This document shows, one piece after another, positions 50,791 through 64,000 of a DNA stretch of 64,000 nucleotides; positions within the stretch are counted from its first letter, which is position 1; the number at the start of each line of letters is the position of its first letter. The notes below the pieces were generated by a model. It was not told the origin of the DNA. It searched no databases and saw nothing but the letters and a program-made list of their open reading frames with translations. This DNA comes from Octopus vulgaris. Taxonomy: Eukaryota. The stretch covers positions 66,650,001-66,714,000 of the forward strand of contig OX597818.1 of NCBI GenBank assembly GCA_951406725.2, given 5' to 3'. The position numbers and the translations under genes were made by a program.

Positions 50791-51040
50791 GATAAAAGAT
50801 ATATCGCGACTCCAAGAAGATATAAATCTTCTTGCTGACTTTGAAATAGCAAATGTATAATGTGAAGTCGTAACACTGGATATGCCGAAACGTGTGTGGT
50901 AAGGCGATAAGTAACATATGAGAGTATCCATGTGTAAGAGGATACTATATTTAAATAATTAAACATCTGGGTGCATGTGTTTTGCAATTTCACAAAAAAA
51001 TATCCCTCATTCAAGATTTGAGATGCAGGTATTATATAAA

Positions 51041-51271
51041 GGCAGCGAACTGGCAGAATCGTTAGCACGCCGGGTGAAACGCTACGCGGTATTTCGTCTG
51101 CTGCTACGTTCTGAGTTCAAATTTCGCCGAGGTCGACTTTGCCTTTCATCCTTTCGGGGGTCGATAAATTAAGTACCAGTTTCGCACTGGGGTCGATGTA
51201 ATCGACTTAATCCGTTTGACTGTCCTTGTTTGTCCCCTATGTGTTTAGCCCCTTGTGGGTAGTAAAGAAAT
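51041..51271 (+). mobile_element. Full-length family B SINE with TSD
   Basis: GGCAGCGAACTGGCAGAATCGTTAG...AAAGAAAT, flanked by AGGTATTATATAAA(G) at 51027-51041 and 51272-51286. Confidence 0.92.
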
Positions 51272-51715
51272 AGGTATTATATAAAGTAGTAAGGTACAGT
51301 CACTAAGATTAGGCAGGTATTTTTTCTCATCAATGCTCGAATATGCGAGAAACTATTTACATCAATCGCACGTCGTCTCCATAAAGGCGGTTACAGTGAT
51401 GGAAGGTAAACAAGATACGTGGGACAACATGAAACAATATTATCACAAGTACTTCATGAAAATAATATTGTAATTGATACGATCCGACTCCAAAGACACG
51501 TAGTATTGTATAAATGGTATATATAGGGATACTTTCGGTGCAAAGCCTTTTGATATCAATCAGTCTGATCCCGATGCTGCTGTTGATGCTGATGCTGATG
51601 CTGGTGATGTTTATGATGATGATTAAGATTAAGATATCGTTCATGGCAACGATAACAAGGGAGGTTACAAAAACTGCGAGAACAACCATGATAACAGTGT
51701 TGAGGGGCATCGGCG

Positions 51716-52156
51716 GGAAGGAGGAGGACGAGAAGAAGAAGAAGGAGGAGAAAGAGAAGGAGGAGGAGACAAAGGAAAAGGAGAAGTCGAAGAAGAAGAA
51801 GGAGGAGGATAAGAAGAAGGAGGAGGAGAAGAAGAAGAAGAAGAAATAATAGGAGGAAGAGAGGAAGATGAAGATGAAGATGAAGGAGGAGTAGGATGAA
51901 AAGGGGAAGAAGGTGAAGAAGAAGAAGGAGAAGTAGGAGAAGAAGAAGAAGGAGTAGAAGAAGAAGAAGAAGGTGTAGGATGAGGTGGAGGAGACGAAGA
52001 AGAAGGAGGAGGAGGAAGAGGAAAAGAAGAAGAAAGGGGAGGGGGAGAGAAGAGGAGAAGAAAAAGAAGAAGAAGAAGAAAAAGAAGAAGAAGATTAAGA
52101 ATAACAAGAAGAAGAAGAAGAAGAAGAAGAAGAAGAAGAAGAAGAAGAAGAAGAAA
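51716..52156. repeat. Polypurine (GAA/GGA)n compound repeat preceded by (GAT/GCT)n
   Basis: About 440 bp almost entirely A/G on the + strand; it explains the poly-K/E/L/S ORFs. Confidence 0.9.
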
Positions 52157-52501
52157 GTGATACAGAATATGGGTCGTGCCAGGCATTATCACTGTTCTGT
52201 ATTCATCGATATTCTTATGTACAAACCAGATTCTTTCTAAAACAAAGCATTCTGTGCGATAATATAAAGGGGAGTTCTGTGTACTGATCATATAAAGAGA
52301 CGGGAAACATATTGCCGAAGAAAATCTACATGAATTTAATTAAAAAAATATTTGATCCAAGAGATTTCACAAGCTCTGCAGACAGAATATTTTGTAATAC
52401 GTCTAAGTCTAAAGATATAGTCACAGGAACATAATTCAAATTTAAATGTTACAATGATATATATTGTTATACATACACAAACACAAAGTATATGTACAAA
52501 A

Positions 52502-52571
<70 letters not shown>

Positions 52572-52905
52572 CAGCATGTGAGCGTTTATATGTGTGTATA
52601 TATGTAGTTGTGTATGTATACCTTCTCCTACGTATATTTTTCCTATAGAAATTGCCGGAAATTACATTCTGAATGCAATAATGATCTTAATGCATAAATA
52701 ATCATGTTGCATTGCTAATGAGATTACAGTACAAACAGCTAATATAACACTGAAGACCGCTTTTTTTTTTCCAGCACAAAGTAAATAATTGAGGAAAGAA
52801 TTATCATACAAGAAAGAGGCATTATAAATTGTTTAAAGGCCGCAGGACATACAGACAGAACATTACATTACTCGTACACAATCAAACACATACATACATG
52901 CAGAT

Positions 52906-52983
<78 letters not shown>

Positions 52984-53093
52984 ATATATACATATATATA
53001 TATACATATATATATACATATATATACATATATATATGTGTATATATATATATGTGTGTGTTTATATATATATGGGAATATATATATATATGA

Positions 53094-53127
<34 letters not shown>

Positions 53128-53691
53128 GTATATATATGTATATATATATACGTATATATATGTAAATATATATGGGTGTGTGTATATATGTATATATATA
53201 TATACACACACAATTGCATGTATAAGGACACATCATTGACGGAGAGGTGGAGAGATAGAATAGTTGTGGGGAAAAAGTTGTTTATGCGATAAATAACAAT
53301 TTTACCGCCAAAAGTACTTCATACCGGAGTAGAGTGACAAATTACAAATAAAGTGACATAAATTATTGATACATTTTGACTTTGTCTTGAAGGTTTCCCT
53401 CCGAGGCTTATTCAAACTGTCAGAAAAAACACACCACTCTATAGATATACGAAAGCTTCACTAAATGCTATTATAGTCAGGGGCCATTAAATAATATGAC
53501 GCTGGTATGGTACATCTTCCCTTCGTTTATGGACTTATAAAGCGAATATATTACATTCTCTAAGAATATCTTATTTTCTTTGGATCCATTTCGAATTGGT
53601 CTTTGCTTATCATTTCGCATAAAGTGTTTGTATACACACAAACACACATATACTTCTGTACATATACGCTGTGTTTGTGTATGTATAACAG

Positions 53692-53720
<29 letters not shown>

Positions 53721-53726
<6 letters not shown>

Positions 53727-54012
53727 ATAACGTGACCGACCAGGCTATCCGATGTTGCTACACATCGCTGGTCACAATGCTCTTCGCATTGTTTTAGCCT
53801 TCAAATGATGCCATCTCGTTGGCTAAGTTAGCAGGCCAACAGAAGAGAGAGTGATATAAAGTTGCGGCGAAAGAGTACAGCAGGGGTCGCCACCCCTTCC
53901 CTGCCGGGGCCTCATGGAACTTTTAGGTGTTTTTGCTCAATAAACATGCGCAACTGCGCAACGCCTGTGATCCTCCGACCGCTGCCTTAACCACTAGGCT
54001 ATTGCGCCTCCG
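53721..54012 (-). mobile_element. tRNA-derived SINE, family C (tail type 2)
   Basis: Minus-strand head GCGGAGGCGCAATAGCCTAGTGGTTAAGGCAGCGG. The body (GAAAGAGTACA, CCCTGCCG) is shared with 31869-32225 but the 3' tail differs. Confidence 0.75.
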
Positions 54013-54062
<50 letters not shown>

Positions 54063-54377
54063 AATACATTCACGCACACATACACACACACACATATATA
54101 TATATATATCATTGTAACATTTAAATTTTAAATTATACTCATGTGACTATATTTTTCTAGACTTTGAAATATTATAAAATATTCTGTCTTCAGAGCTTGT
54201 GAGCACTCTTGGATTAAACATGTGCTTTTTTCAATTCAAATACATGAAGTAAAAGTCGGAAGGAAACGGGATGAACTTCCTGCATCAACTTCATATAAAA
54301 TATGGTAGAAATTTTTCCTTGGCGCAAGTTTTGAAGAGTGCAGTTCGATTTTAACATTTATAATTTGGAAGCATTAA

Positions 54378-54393
54378 TGGTTGTTACAAAGAA

Positions 54394-54437
<44 letters not shown>

Positions 54438-54945
54438 TCTTTTTTGCTTTGTGTTCAATAAAGGCAACCACGTAATTGAATGTACGAGGAATATTAATGC
54501 AATGTATGGAGATCGGACAATAAGCGTAAGCCAGTTTCTGCTGTGGTTTCAGTTTTTCAGAGCCGGAAATTATAGCTTACAATTCGAGCCTCGTTCTGGA
54601 AGGTCTGTAGAGCTCGGCGAGTCCGTCCTGAAAAACCTGCTGGAGCAAAATCTCAATATAACTGTTGAGGCCCCAACAAAGAAGATTCAATATGGTCAAT
54701 CAACCGTAAATCAACCCTCGCGTGCCATCAGAAAAGTCAGCAAATTGGGTCAATGGTTCCCTCACAAACTTTCCGAGTGTAATTTCTCGCAGAGAGTGAA
54801 TGTGTGTTCTTCTTTGGTGTCACGACTCACGAATGAACCTGTTTTTGACCGAACATTGATTGATGAAAAGTACTGGGTTCTCTACAAACATGTCAAGCAA
54901 AGAAGACAGTTGATTGGGAATGGAAAATACTGCAACTTACTCTGA
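54378..54945 (+). pseudogene. Truncated mariner transposase (N-terminal HTH region to the first catalytic Asp)
   Basis: MVVTKKH-(TA)n-FNKG..RNINAMYG..WF..FRAGNYSL..EPRSGR..KLGQWFPHKL (WVPHEL motif)..IDEKYWVLY. Confidence 0.85.
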
Positions 54946-55088
54946 AAGGTCTCAAACAGATTCAGTAAATTGCAAAAAAATTAAAATTCTGGAAATAATT
55001 CTGGCTCGGCAGGTGTCCCTGGTCTCCATCCTGCGACTGTGGTCAAACAATTTTCTATATTCAGCGATGCAGGTGCTTATGCAGTACC

Positions 55089-55148
<60 letters not shown>

Positions 55149-56779
55149 CGTGTGTGTATGTGTGTATGTATGTATATATATATATATATGTATACGTATA
55201 CACATGCACATTTTTGCTTGTGTGAATGTGTGTGCGTGTATGTGTGTGCATGTGTGTTTGCATTCGTATGTTGGTGCATCATCATGATTTTCTGAAAGTT
55301 TAACTTGGAGCAATTTCAAGTTCATATTCCAGTTCGTGTTCAACTGATAGATTTCTCCTTACACGTCTGACTAATTCAATTTGTCGTCTCATAATAATAT
55401 TGATCTGAAAATAATATTCATAGACTGCTGTTAATTGAGGGCAACCAGAAAGGAACTAAAATATCACTGAAAACACTACTTGGCTGTGTGTTTAAGAAAG
55501 TCATTTTGCAAGCACCTATCTCCCTGTGTGTTTCTAACTAATCAACTAAAATCATGGGTTAGTTTCTTTACGTTTAGAGGTAAATTTGTGTACATACAGA
55601 AACACGAAGCCGTACCAAACCAAATTCCCGGCTCAATATATTCATCCAAATTTCATGAAGAAATGGAATCCGTTTCAGGTGCAGTTCAGTGATTGAAATA
55701 ATTAAAATGAAACAGAAGAAAAGAAAATATTCAAAAATACTTTTGATGATATTTCAAGTCTGCTCCGTATCTAGAAACAGAAATTGTGACAGTCGTGACT
55801 GCCTTTATAAATATTCATTTGCATAATTAAGTCAGAAGATAAATATGTCCATATGGACAAACGATTTAGCCACCATCTTGTTGGCAAAATGTTTCATAAA
55901 TTGAAACCAACTACGCTGGCATCAGATGTCCCCGACTTGAAAATATTTTTAAAAATGCATATTTTAAATTCAGATCTAGATAGACTGAGGCGGAGAGGAT
56001 TTGTAGCGCTGAATATTTTAGCAACATATTTGTCGCATCAAAACGCGATCGTTGCCAGCGAAACGGATATACGACTAAAACAGGCAATGCTGTGTATTAT
56101 ATTTATCGGGAGAGTATTGTAGCTCGCTTGAAACATTCCGTATTGTTTGTAAAGAATAAAATATTTTGAATGATACAACAATGCACTATAATAAAAACAA
56201 TGGACTATAATAACTGTTGTAATTTAATCATCCATAGTCTAAAATGATATTTCGGAATAAAATTCCTTCTTCAGATATCGCTAGGAATTGATGGAGTCGC
56301 TACTATAATCGGTTTTCCAACAGCTTTTCTATATATATTTTAGTATTCATTTCTGCGTATACTCCATGTCTTATTTTATCACTGCTTTTATCTATGTGCA
56401 TGAGTGTGTATATGTGTGTGTTGAGGATGTGCTTCTTTCTGTGTGTGTGTGTGTATACGATTGAGTGAGAAAAGAAAAGAAAATTCATTTAGTAGAAGCT
56501 ACATTTATTATTTAAAACAGTTTGATTTTGGCTACATGCGATTTAAAATGCCAAGGACCTCTAACGGCAGCAAGTTTCTTTTGGGCTTAGATAACCAAAT
56601 CGTTAATTTAAGCCTGAAAATAACGGGATTCTGTTAGAGGACCGCGAAATTGTAACTCGCATGGAACCGAATCCAAATGGCCATAATTGACACAATGTGA
56701 ATACAAAAGACATGACAATGTCGTAAGAATGATCCTTTGGGAGCCCTGTGGAAATTGTGGCCTACATCGTGCAAAAAAC

Positions 56780-57031
56780 GTGGTATTACTAAACCGAATC
56801 CTGCAAAATCCTATGGGATGGAATGATACAACGTGACCATCTCATCATACATTGGAAGCTTGACATTGTTATGGTGATGGCGAATAAAAAACAATACTTG
56901 CTTGATAATCGACACAGGAGGGCCCGGCGAAAAGGGGATCAAACAGAAAGAAGAAGAAGAAGAAGAAGAAGAAGAAGAAGAAGAAGAAGAAGAAGAAGAA
57001 GAAGAAGAAGAAGAAGAAGAAGAAGAAGAAG

Positions 57032-57062
<31 letters not shown>

Positions 57063-57375
57063 GAACAACTATGACCATTTCAAATCCGAAATAGGCAGGT
57101 TACGGACCATGAAGTGAGTGGACGTGATACCAATAGTTATTGGTGCGTTTGGAAATATCATCCTTCAACTACCAGCATGGCTCAAAAGGATTGGTACAAA
57201 TATAAATTTAGAACACCTAAGAAAATCTTCGTTTCGCGGAAGTGCAAGAGTTCTTGGCAGTGTTTTTGAAGTATGAACATCAAACAAATGACACCTTAGT
57301 CTGATGCTTATGGATAGCTGTCACTTTCCACCATACCCAGCAAAACAAGATGAGAGTTTTCAGTCAAATGCTAGT
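56780..57375 (+). pseudogene. 3' end of an R4/Dong-like non-LTR retrotransposon (restriction-like endonuclease) with an internal (GAA)n expansion
   Basis: CKILWD.MIQRD...LDIV..LIID.G.PG...IKQK(E)n..Y..FKSEI.R...V.VIPIVIGAFG..L.K...GSARVL..V*. This is the RLE endonuclease C-terminal pattern. Confidence 0.75.
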
Positions 57376-57460
57376 AATATATGTGTATATGACTGCGTGT
57401 GTATCGTTGGTGATTTTATTTTTCTTCTTTCTTCTCTTTCTTGGATCTTTCCTTTCCCTA

Positions 57461-57497
57461 TGTTTCTGACGAAGAGGTCCGCTCGAAACGTTAAATA
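57461..57497 (+). ncRNA. Minimal type I hammerhead-ribozyme motif with intact core, in a PLE-type terminal repeat (about 57430-57602)
   Basis: TGTTT-CTGACGA-A-GAG-gtccg-CTC-GAAA-CG-TT-AAATA: CUGANGA and GAAA cores, palindromic stem III ACGT, GUU cleavage triplet. Confidence 0.65.
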
Positions 57498-57598
57498 CTC
57501 CTTCTTTCTTTCTTTTCCTGAGCGTCCAGTAACACTGTACTTGTAGCACGTCCTCTCGTTGTTGTGTTTTCTCTTTGTGTTTTCAGGTTTGGATTAAC

Positions 57599-57659
<61 letters not shown>

Positions 57660-58763
57660 CAAATGATTAATTATATGCAATCATTTTCACATCGTGCTTT
57701 TCACAATTACCACTTTAGATTAATAAACGATAGCGGCGATTTATTTTTGACAGTGTAGTTACCGTTCTGAAATGTTGAAGGTAGCCCGTGTGTGTTTTTA
57801 AAGTTACTCTTTTGCTCATTTACAATATCATCAGCTTCTAATGCGCCTCTATACAATGTTACTTATCTCATTTCGTGGAAATTCCGCCTAGGCACTCTAT
57901 AGAAATTATGCCGTCAACCAACCAACCGGCAACTCTATTAAGTTTTACAATAATATTCATGAGTTGAACATTTTCATTTTGAATTGTTCCCTTTTGGCAT
58001 TTCAATGATGTCGTATATTTCTACAAAATCATTCTCAATATTCTTATTCATTTGTATATTGTAAATTTGTAACTTGGGTTTAGTATAAATATGGCAGAAT
58101 TATATGGTTTTCCCGTTTATTGTATGTAATTTTCAGTTAATTTTATAATGAGGGACAAAATTGAACGAACCTCAAAATTATACGGTTGCAAATGATACTT
58201 AACTAATATCATTATCATCATCATCATCATCATCATCGTTATCATCACCATCATGAACATCATTTAACTGAAGATAGGCTTATGGTGCAAAACCATATAT
58301 CCTCCGCGGTCTCTGAAATTTCCGCTCCTGAATGTTTTATAATCATTCGCATTAGCTGCTCCTTTGTTTCGTTTAAATGTCCTTATCAACTTTTAAATCT
58401 AAGATCACCAAGTAGTTGCGTTTCTGTATTATAATTCTCAAAATTGAACTCTTCTATCTGTCTTCCTTCGACTCTCTATATCTCTTCTCCCCCCCCGCCT
58501 CTCTCTCTCTCTCTCATACATACTCATACACAGACACTCATGTATGTATGTATGCGTATTTATGTGTACATGTACGTACATAGAAATATGCATGTGAGTT
58601 TCTGCATGTATATGCAAATACTTTCACACACCCATACACATACCCATATTTGTTATATTCTTGTTAACTTCGAATATATTACTCTATGTATGTGAGTCTG
58701 CTTGGTTATATCTGCGTATATTTACACGCGAACACACACACACACACATATATATTTCATAGA

Positions 58764-58814
<51 letters not shown>

Positions 58815-59564
58815 CTAGCAAATCAAATGTATACAGTCATAGTTCGCTCTGTATATTGTGTATGCTTGTGTGTGATAACATTTTTATACATCATTTCACT
58901 TAAGTCTTCAATACAGCAAAATTTTATCTTTTATCTATCAATGTATATTATGCAGAATTTTGAATTGATTGAAAACTAATAAGTATTGTTGAATGTATTT
59001 GAAGATACTTTTTGTGTTTCTTCAGTTGTTGTTATATTTAGATGAATGGAGGCAGGAAACAAAAATATTTGACAAGTCTTTTTGTCTGATTCGGTTACTT
59101 TAAACAAAACTTGTTTTAGAAATATCTAAACAGTGTTATATGTATATCCTTTGTTTAAAATGATTTAAGTATGTGTGATAAATATTTAAAAATCACTGTA
59201 ATGTTGTCATCTAATGTGACTATGTTCATATTACTGTCAGGATACGTTACAAAATCATTTTTGTAAGAGTTGTAAAAGTTTCAATATCTAGCTAGTATAA
59301 ACAGAACAATGGCGATGTAGCGGCACGAGTTAGATTTAATAATTCGAACGCTCTGCCATATAAACATTCTGTTAGAAAATGATAATAATAAATTATATAT
59401 ACAAGCGCATATACATATACAGACACACGCACGCACACTCACACAAACACGCACGTATATATATATATATATATATACATGTGTGTGCGTGTATGGATGT
59501 ATGTATGTTTATATACATATATATATATATATATATACATATATATACGTATATATATATATAC

Positions 59565-59627
<63 letters not shown>

Positions 59628-60186
59628 TTCCCACACACACACACATATATATATATATATGTATTTGTTTAAGCAATTGTAAATATCTTCTGAATGTGTC
59701 GCTGTAATGACGTCCTAGAACAGCTTTTTGATTAGATATATACATATTTTGATAATATTAGAAGTAATATTTACTCAGGGAAAACTTTAACATATATCTA
59801 CTGTTGCAGCATGTTTCCACTTTATTCCAAGTTTTACATTATCTCAGTTATTATTTCTCTTTTCGCTGGTATTCCCTGCTCTTCCGTCCATTCGATAATT
59901 AAACCGCGGTTTTATTATTCATCCGTCAGTTATAAATTTGATATGAACGCCTAAAATTTAACGAACTGTTCTGCAATATTTGTTATTGAAGTCCTGATAT
60001 TATTTGTGATATATTTCCTGAAATTCTGTGTAGTTTAATGCTTAGCAATACTGAAATCCATTGTTATAGCGTAGAAATTGTTCTCGATCATAATCCCCTT
60101 ATATAGTAAGATGTATTAGAAGCATTTTAATATGTATTTCAATGTGTCTCTTTTTGTATGCGTGAACGAACGCGAAAATGTACATA

Positions 60187-60252
<66 letters not shown>

Positions 60253-60253
<1 letters not shown>

Positions 60254-60603
60254 TAGTAGTATAGCTCGGTCGTTGCTCGGGTTTGTTTTCTTTTCGACCC
60301 TTTAGAATTGGAATTTTTGAAAGTAAAAATGTTGCATTATGTAGCTTGTTATACTCCTTAAGTGAACATTTTTCTGATTAAAATACACCGAAAAATGGCG
60401 ACACAGCAGTAAAAAAATCGTTAAAAATAGGGATTTTCATAGGAAAAAAACACCTTTTTGATGTAAATAATTTTTGGTCTTAACATGGTCTATCATACTC
60501 TCAATTTTGGTCAGCTTGCGCCACAGGGTCGCGGAGGAGATAGTGTTAGTTGAAGGCTGTCAATCCTACCACACACAGACAACTTCAGCTTTATATATAA
60601 AGA
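60253..60603 (-). mobile_element. Non-autonomous Helitron
   Basis: Minus strand A|TCTTTATATATAAAGCTGAAGTTGT...CCCGAGCAACGACCGAG..CTAG|T. Ends are shared with 42269-42577. Confidence 0.85.
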
Positions 60604-62148
60604 TATATGTGTGTGCGTGTGTGTGTGTGTGATTGTGAGTGTGTGTGTATAAATATATCTAGATATAGGAACGTATATGTGTCTATATGTGCGATTGGCT
60701 GTGTGTAGATAGAGGAATTCGTCCCAGGTTAACATATAGTTCTTACTACATTCACTAAAATCAGAAACCTTTTTGCCATACACTTTTTTTGTCTCTTTCT
60801 TCAATCCCCCTCTCTGTCTCACTTTCTCTCTCTCTCTCTCTCTCTCGATTTCCCACTCTCTGTCTGACTGTTTGTCTCTCTTTGTCTGTCTTTCTCCTCT
60901 CCTCCCCACCCCTCTGTATAAATGCGTTTGTGTTTGTGTTTTATGAGTATTAGTGTTTGGCAGATACACACCACAAGCAAACTTATTAATGTATATTGTC
61001 AGCAACTTTGCTGCTATATTATTTTCCGAGATAAATGACAGTTAATGTCAAAAGTAAATGATTAAACTTTCACCCAGTGAAAATAAAGAATTTGGCTCAC
61101 TTATTGTTCATAACATTTCCAAGTTCACCAAGAAATTTGTTTCAAAAATTGGTTTGTATTGATTGTGCTATTTTCAGATATCCAGACAAATATAGCTGCT
61201 AGGAAGCTTCTAGCTAAATTATCATCCAATCTCGCGTCAGTTTAAGAAAAATAATTGATCATTTGACGAAAAATCCCATTAAGTATTTCATTTTAAAAGC
61301 GCCATTGAATATAACATAATTATGCAGAGCTACAAGGGAGGTCAGTCTGGTGTAAGACAATCTTTTCCAAGTTCTACCTGCGGAACGATGTGATATTGTT
61401 CCTGGAAGCTAAGGAAATACTTTTAAACCCACAATTGTTTGAATATTAAAATTAATGAAACGAACCACTGTATTGTACATATGTGAAAACTACATTGAGT
61501 CTTGTTGACATGAAAGCAATTACTATCGTTGGCAGCTTTATAATGAATCCGAAATATGACATAGTCACTTTCGTGAAACGTTACATTTTATATTTATTTC
61601 TTCAAATTTGAAATGATTGAATGTATTTCGTGTTTGAACATATAAATATTAATTTTGGAATCAATAGACGTTCGTGGGTAATAATTATCATCGTATGACA
61701 CGATATTATATTTTGGTGCAAGGAGAAGTAATACTCAATGGGGTAGCGATATATATCTACAAAATATATTTTATCTCGTGCCCCATAACTAAAATCATGA
61801 TTGTCAGATTATGTGGGGGATTATTTCATTCATTAACAAACTATGGATGTATTTCTCAGTCAGCAGTATGAGGACAAATGTAGTTAATGGAAAGAGACAA
61901 ACAGACACAAACACAAATAACCCTACAAATAATCAAATTAATTAATGAAAGACTGAAACAGATTCCAGTGAATATAGAACGTGATCCTGCTATCCGCCCA
62001 CGAAATAAAGAGATACAGCTACCTTTACATTTCATCTACGATAAATATCGTACAGAGCGAGTGTGATAAATGCTGGACAAATTACATATAGGTGATATGG
62101 GAAACAAAATTGAATATTTCGTGCACGATGTTTTTTTTAATATATGAG

Positions 62149-62187
<39 letters not shown>

Positions 62188-62513
62188 GGCGCGGCAGTAG
62201 GTGTGTGGTAAGTAGCTTACTTACCAACCCCTTGTGAGTGCATTTGTTAGACGGAAACTGAAAGAAGCCCATCGTATATATGTATATATATATGTGTGTG
62301 TGCGTTTGTGTATCTGTGTTTGTACCCCCAACATCACTTGACAACCGATACTGGTGTGTTTTTTCGTCCTCGTAACATAGCAGTTCCGCAAAAGGGACCG
62401 AGAGAATATTTGGGAGGCTTACAAAGGATAAGTACTGTGGTCGATTTGCTTGACTAAAGTCGGTGCTCCAGCTTGGCCACAGTCAAATGACTGAAACAAG
62501 TAAAAGAGTAAAA
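62188..62513 (+). mobile_element. Family A SINE (head partly deleted)
   Basis: GGCGCGG..GTGTGGTAAGTAGCTT..GACGGAAACTGAAAGAAGCCC..GGTGCTCCAGC..AAGTAAAAGAGTAAAAG. Confidence 0.85.
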
Positions 62514-62805
62514 GTATTTTTTTTTGACCTGGCTTGATACAAACAGCTAGTAGTCATTATGACAGCTGACTTTGTCATTGCTTTTTATTCACCTAAAATA
62601 CACACACACACACACGCACAAACACACTTGCCATCTTGCACACACACACACACACACGCATTCCTCTTTTGAAACTCTCTTGCCTTATAAAACCATGTTT
62701 CGACTACCTCTCAACTTCTGTTCTTTCAACATGTGATCTCTTGAGCACCACCAGCTCAAATATTTTTTCCTCTGTCTTCCCTTCTTGGGATCTTTCCTTC
62801 TCTTT

Positions 62806-62840
62806 GTTTCCGACGAAGAGCTCCGCTCCAAACGTCAAAC
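62806..62840 (+). ncRNA. Mutated hammerhead motif in a second copy of the 57430-57602 repeat
   Basis: GTTT-CCGACGA-A-GAGC-tcc-GCTC-CAAA-CGTC-AAAC (U4C and GAAA>CAAA). The flanking ~170 bp is homologous to 57430-57602. Confidence 0.55.
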
Positions 62841-62939
62841 CCTCCTTCCCTTCTTTCCTGAGCGTCAATAATACTTTAATTGTTCCACGTCCTGCGTTGC
62901 TGTTTTTTCCCTTTTTTTCTGTGTTTTCTTGTTTGGATA

Positions 62940-62988
<49 letters not shown>

Positions 62989-63309
62989 CATATAAGCGTG
63001 TATGTAGGTGCGTGTGCCTATGTATGTGTGTGTGTGAGTGAGTGGTGTGTGTATGTGTGTGTTTGTGTTGTTAAAAGGTTGAATGGGCTTCAAGGATTGA
63101 GTCTTAATATATCAGTTGTAGGCAAATCAAGAGACGTAAGTAAATATATCAGACGAGGAAGAAAAGTTGTTTAATGATTTGAAAAAGAAAATAAAAATGT
63201 AAGGATACGTCAAGGTGCAAAATACAAGAACGATTCGTAGAGGTTTTCTCAATGTTTTCAATAAATCTTTTAGCACTGTTTCATACACGAGAGACACAGA
63301 AATAGAGAG

Positions 63310-63364
<55 letters not shown>

Positions 63365-64000
63365 GTAGGAGAGAACTGGATATTTCAAGTGAACTGTTGT
63401 GGAGGAAAGTGTAAAATTTTATGACTTTAATAAACACAGTCATGACAAAATCAGAAAATTTGTTGCTGCTTTCAGCATGTTGCAACCATTCGTTTAGAGT
63501 TATACTTCTCCATACGTAACAGGTCATTGCACACGGACGGCAAACCGAAAAAACATATATTATCCCGTGTGCGTGATTTTCTGTGTTTGCGTGAGTGTAT
63601 GTGCGATGTATAGGGTGTGTATGATTTTATATTTACCTTAGCTAAACTTGCAAAGTTTCAACAACCTTAATAACAAAGTATATACTGACTTCCCAAGGAA
63701 GCACGTTTTGTATTCAATATTAATTAAATCTCACTTGTACTATAAACAAAACCGAAATGGTACACCCTAGACTATGTACCTAAAGTCTATTAGAGTTTCA
63801 CAATATGATTTCAGTTTTATATTTTAAATCTGTCAGGCAATTAAATATGGTTGAATTTTTTTATCAAGCAACAAATGACGTTCAAATCAACACTAATTTT
63901 ACAACATATTTTTTATCTGACAGTTATTGAAGTTTATGATTACAACTGAACGTATATGATTACAACCTAAAGGACATCTATATCATACTATAGACTCATT

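Noticed and set aside
51357-52291. Poly-K/E/L/S/R ORFs up to 208 aa
   Set aside because: Products of GAA/GGA/GAT repeats; no domain and no splice evidence.

Overview
AT-rich, microsatellite-laden animal genomic DNA. The SINE families, (TA)n/(CA)n density and transposon mix look like an Octopus/cephalopod genome (inference). No host gene is recognisable, and most entries in the ORF track are microsatellite artefacts. The main feature is a near-intact, ~5.3 kb CR1-clade LINE (about 7867-13150, +). It has a tandemly duplicated 5' region, an ORF1 with a PHD finger plus three CCCH zinc fingers, an APE-endonuclease/RT ORF2 and an (AAATG)4 tail. Its three frame breaks are each one extra A in an A-run. 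ORF2 has no in-frame AUG ahead of the endonuclease. Its frame opens just 6 nt before a correctly phased U-UUU-UUA slippery heptamer inside ORF1, which suggests retrovirus-style -1 frameshifting to an ORF1-ORF2 fusion. The window also holds a full-length but dead IR/DR-type Tc1 (DD34E), remnants of maT (DD37D), mariner, Penelope-like, R4/Dong-like and older CR1 elements, two non-autonomous Helitrons, three tRNA-derived SINE types (one as a head-to-tail trimer), several MITE-like inverted repeats, and five minimal hammerhead-ribozyme-like motifs tied to Penelope-type terminal repeats.
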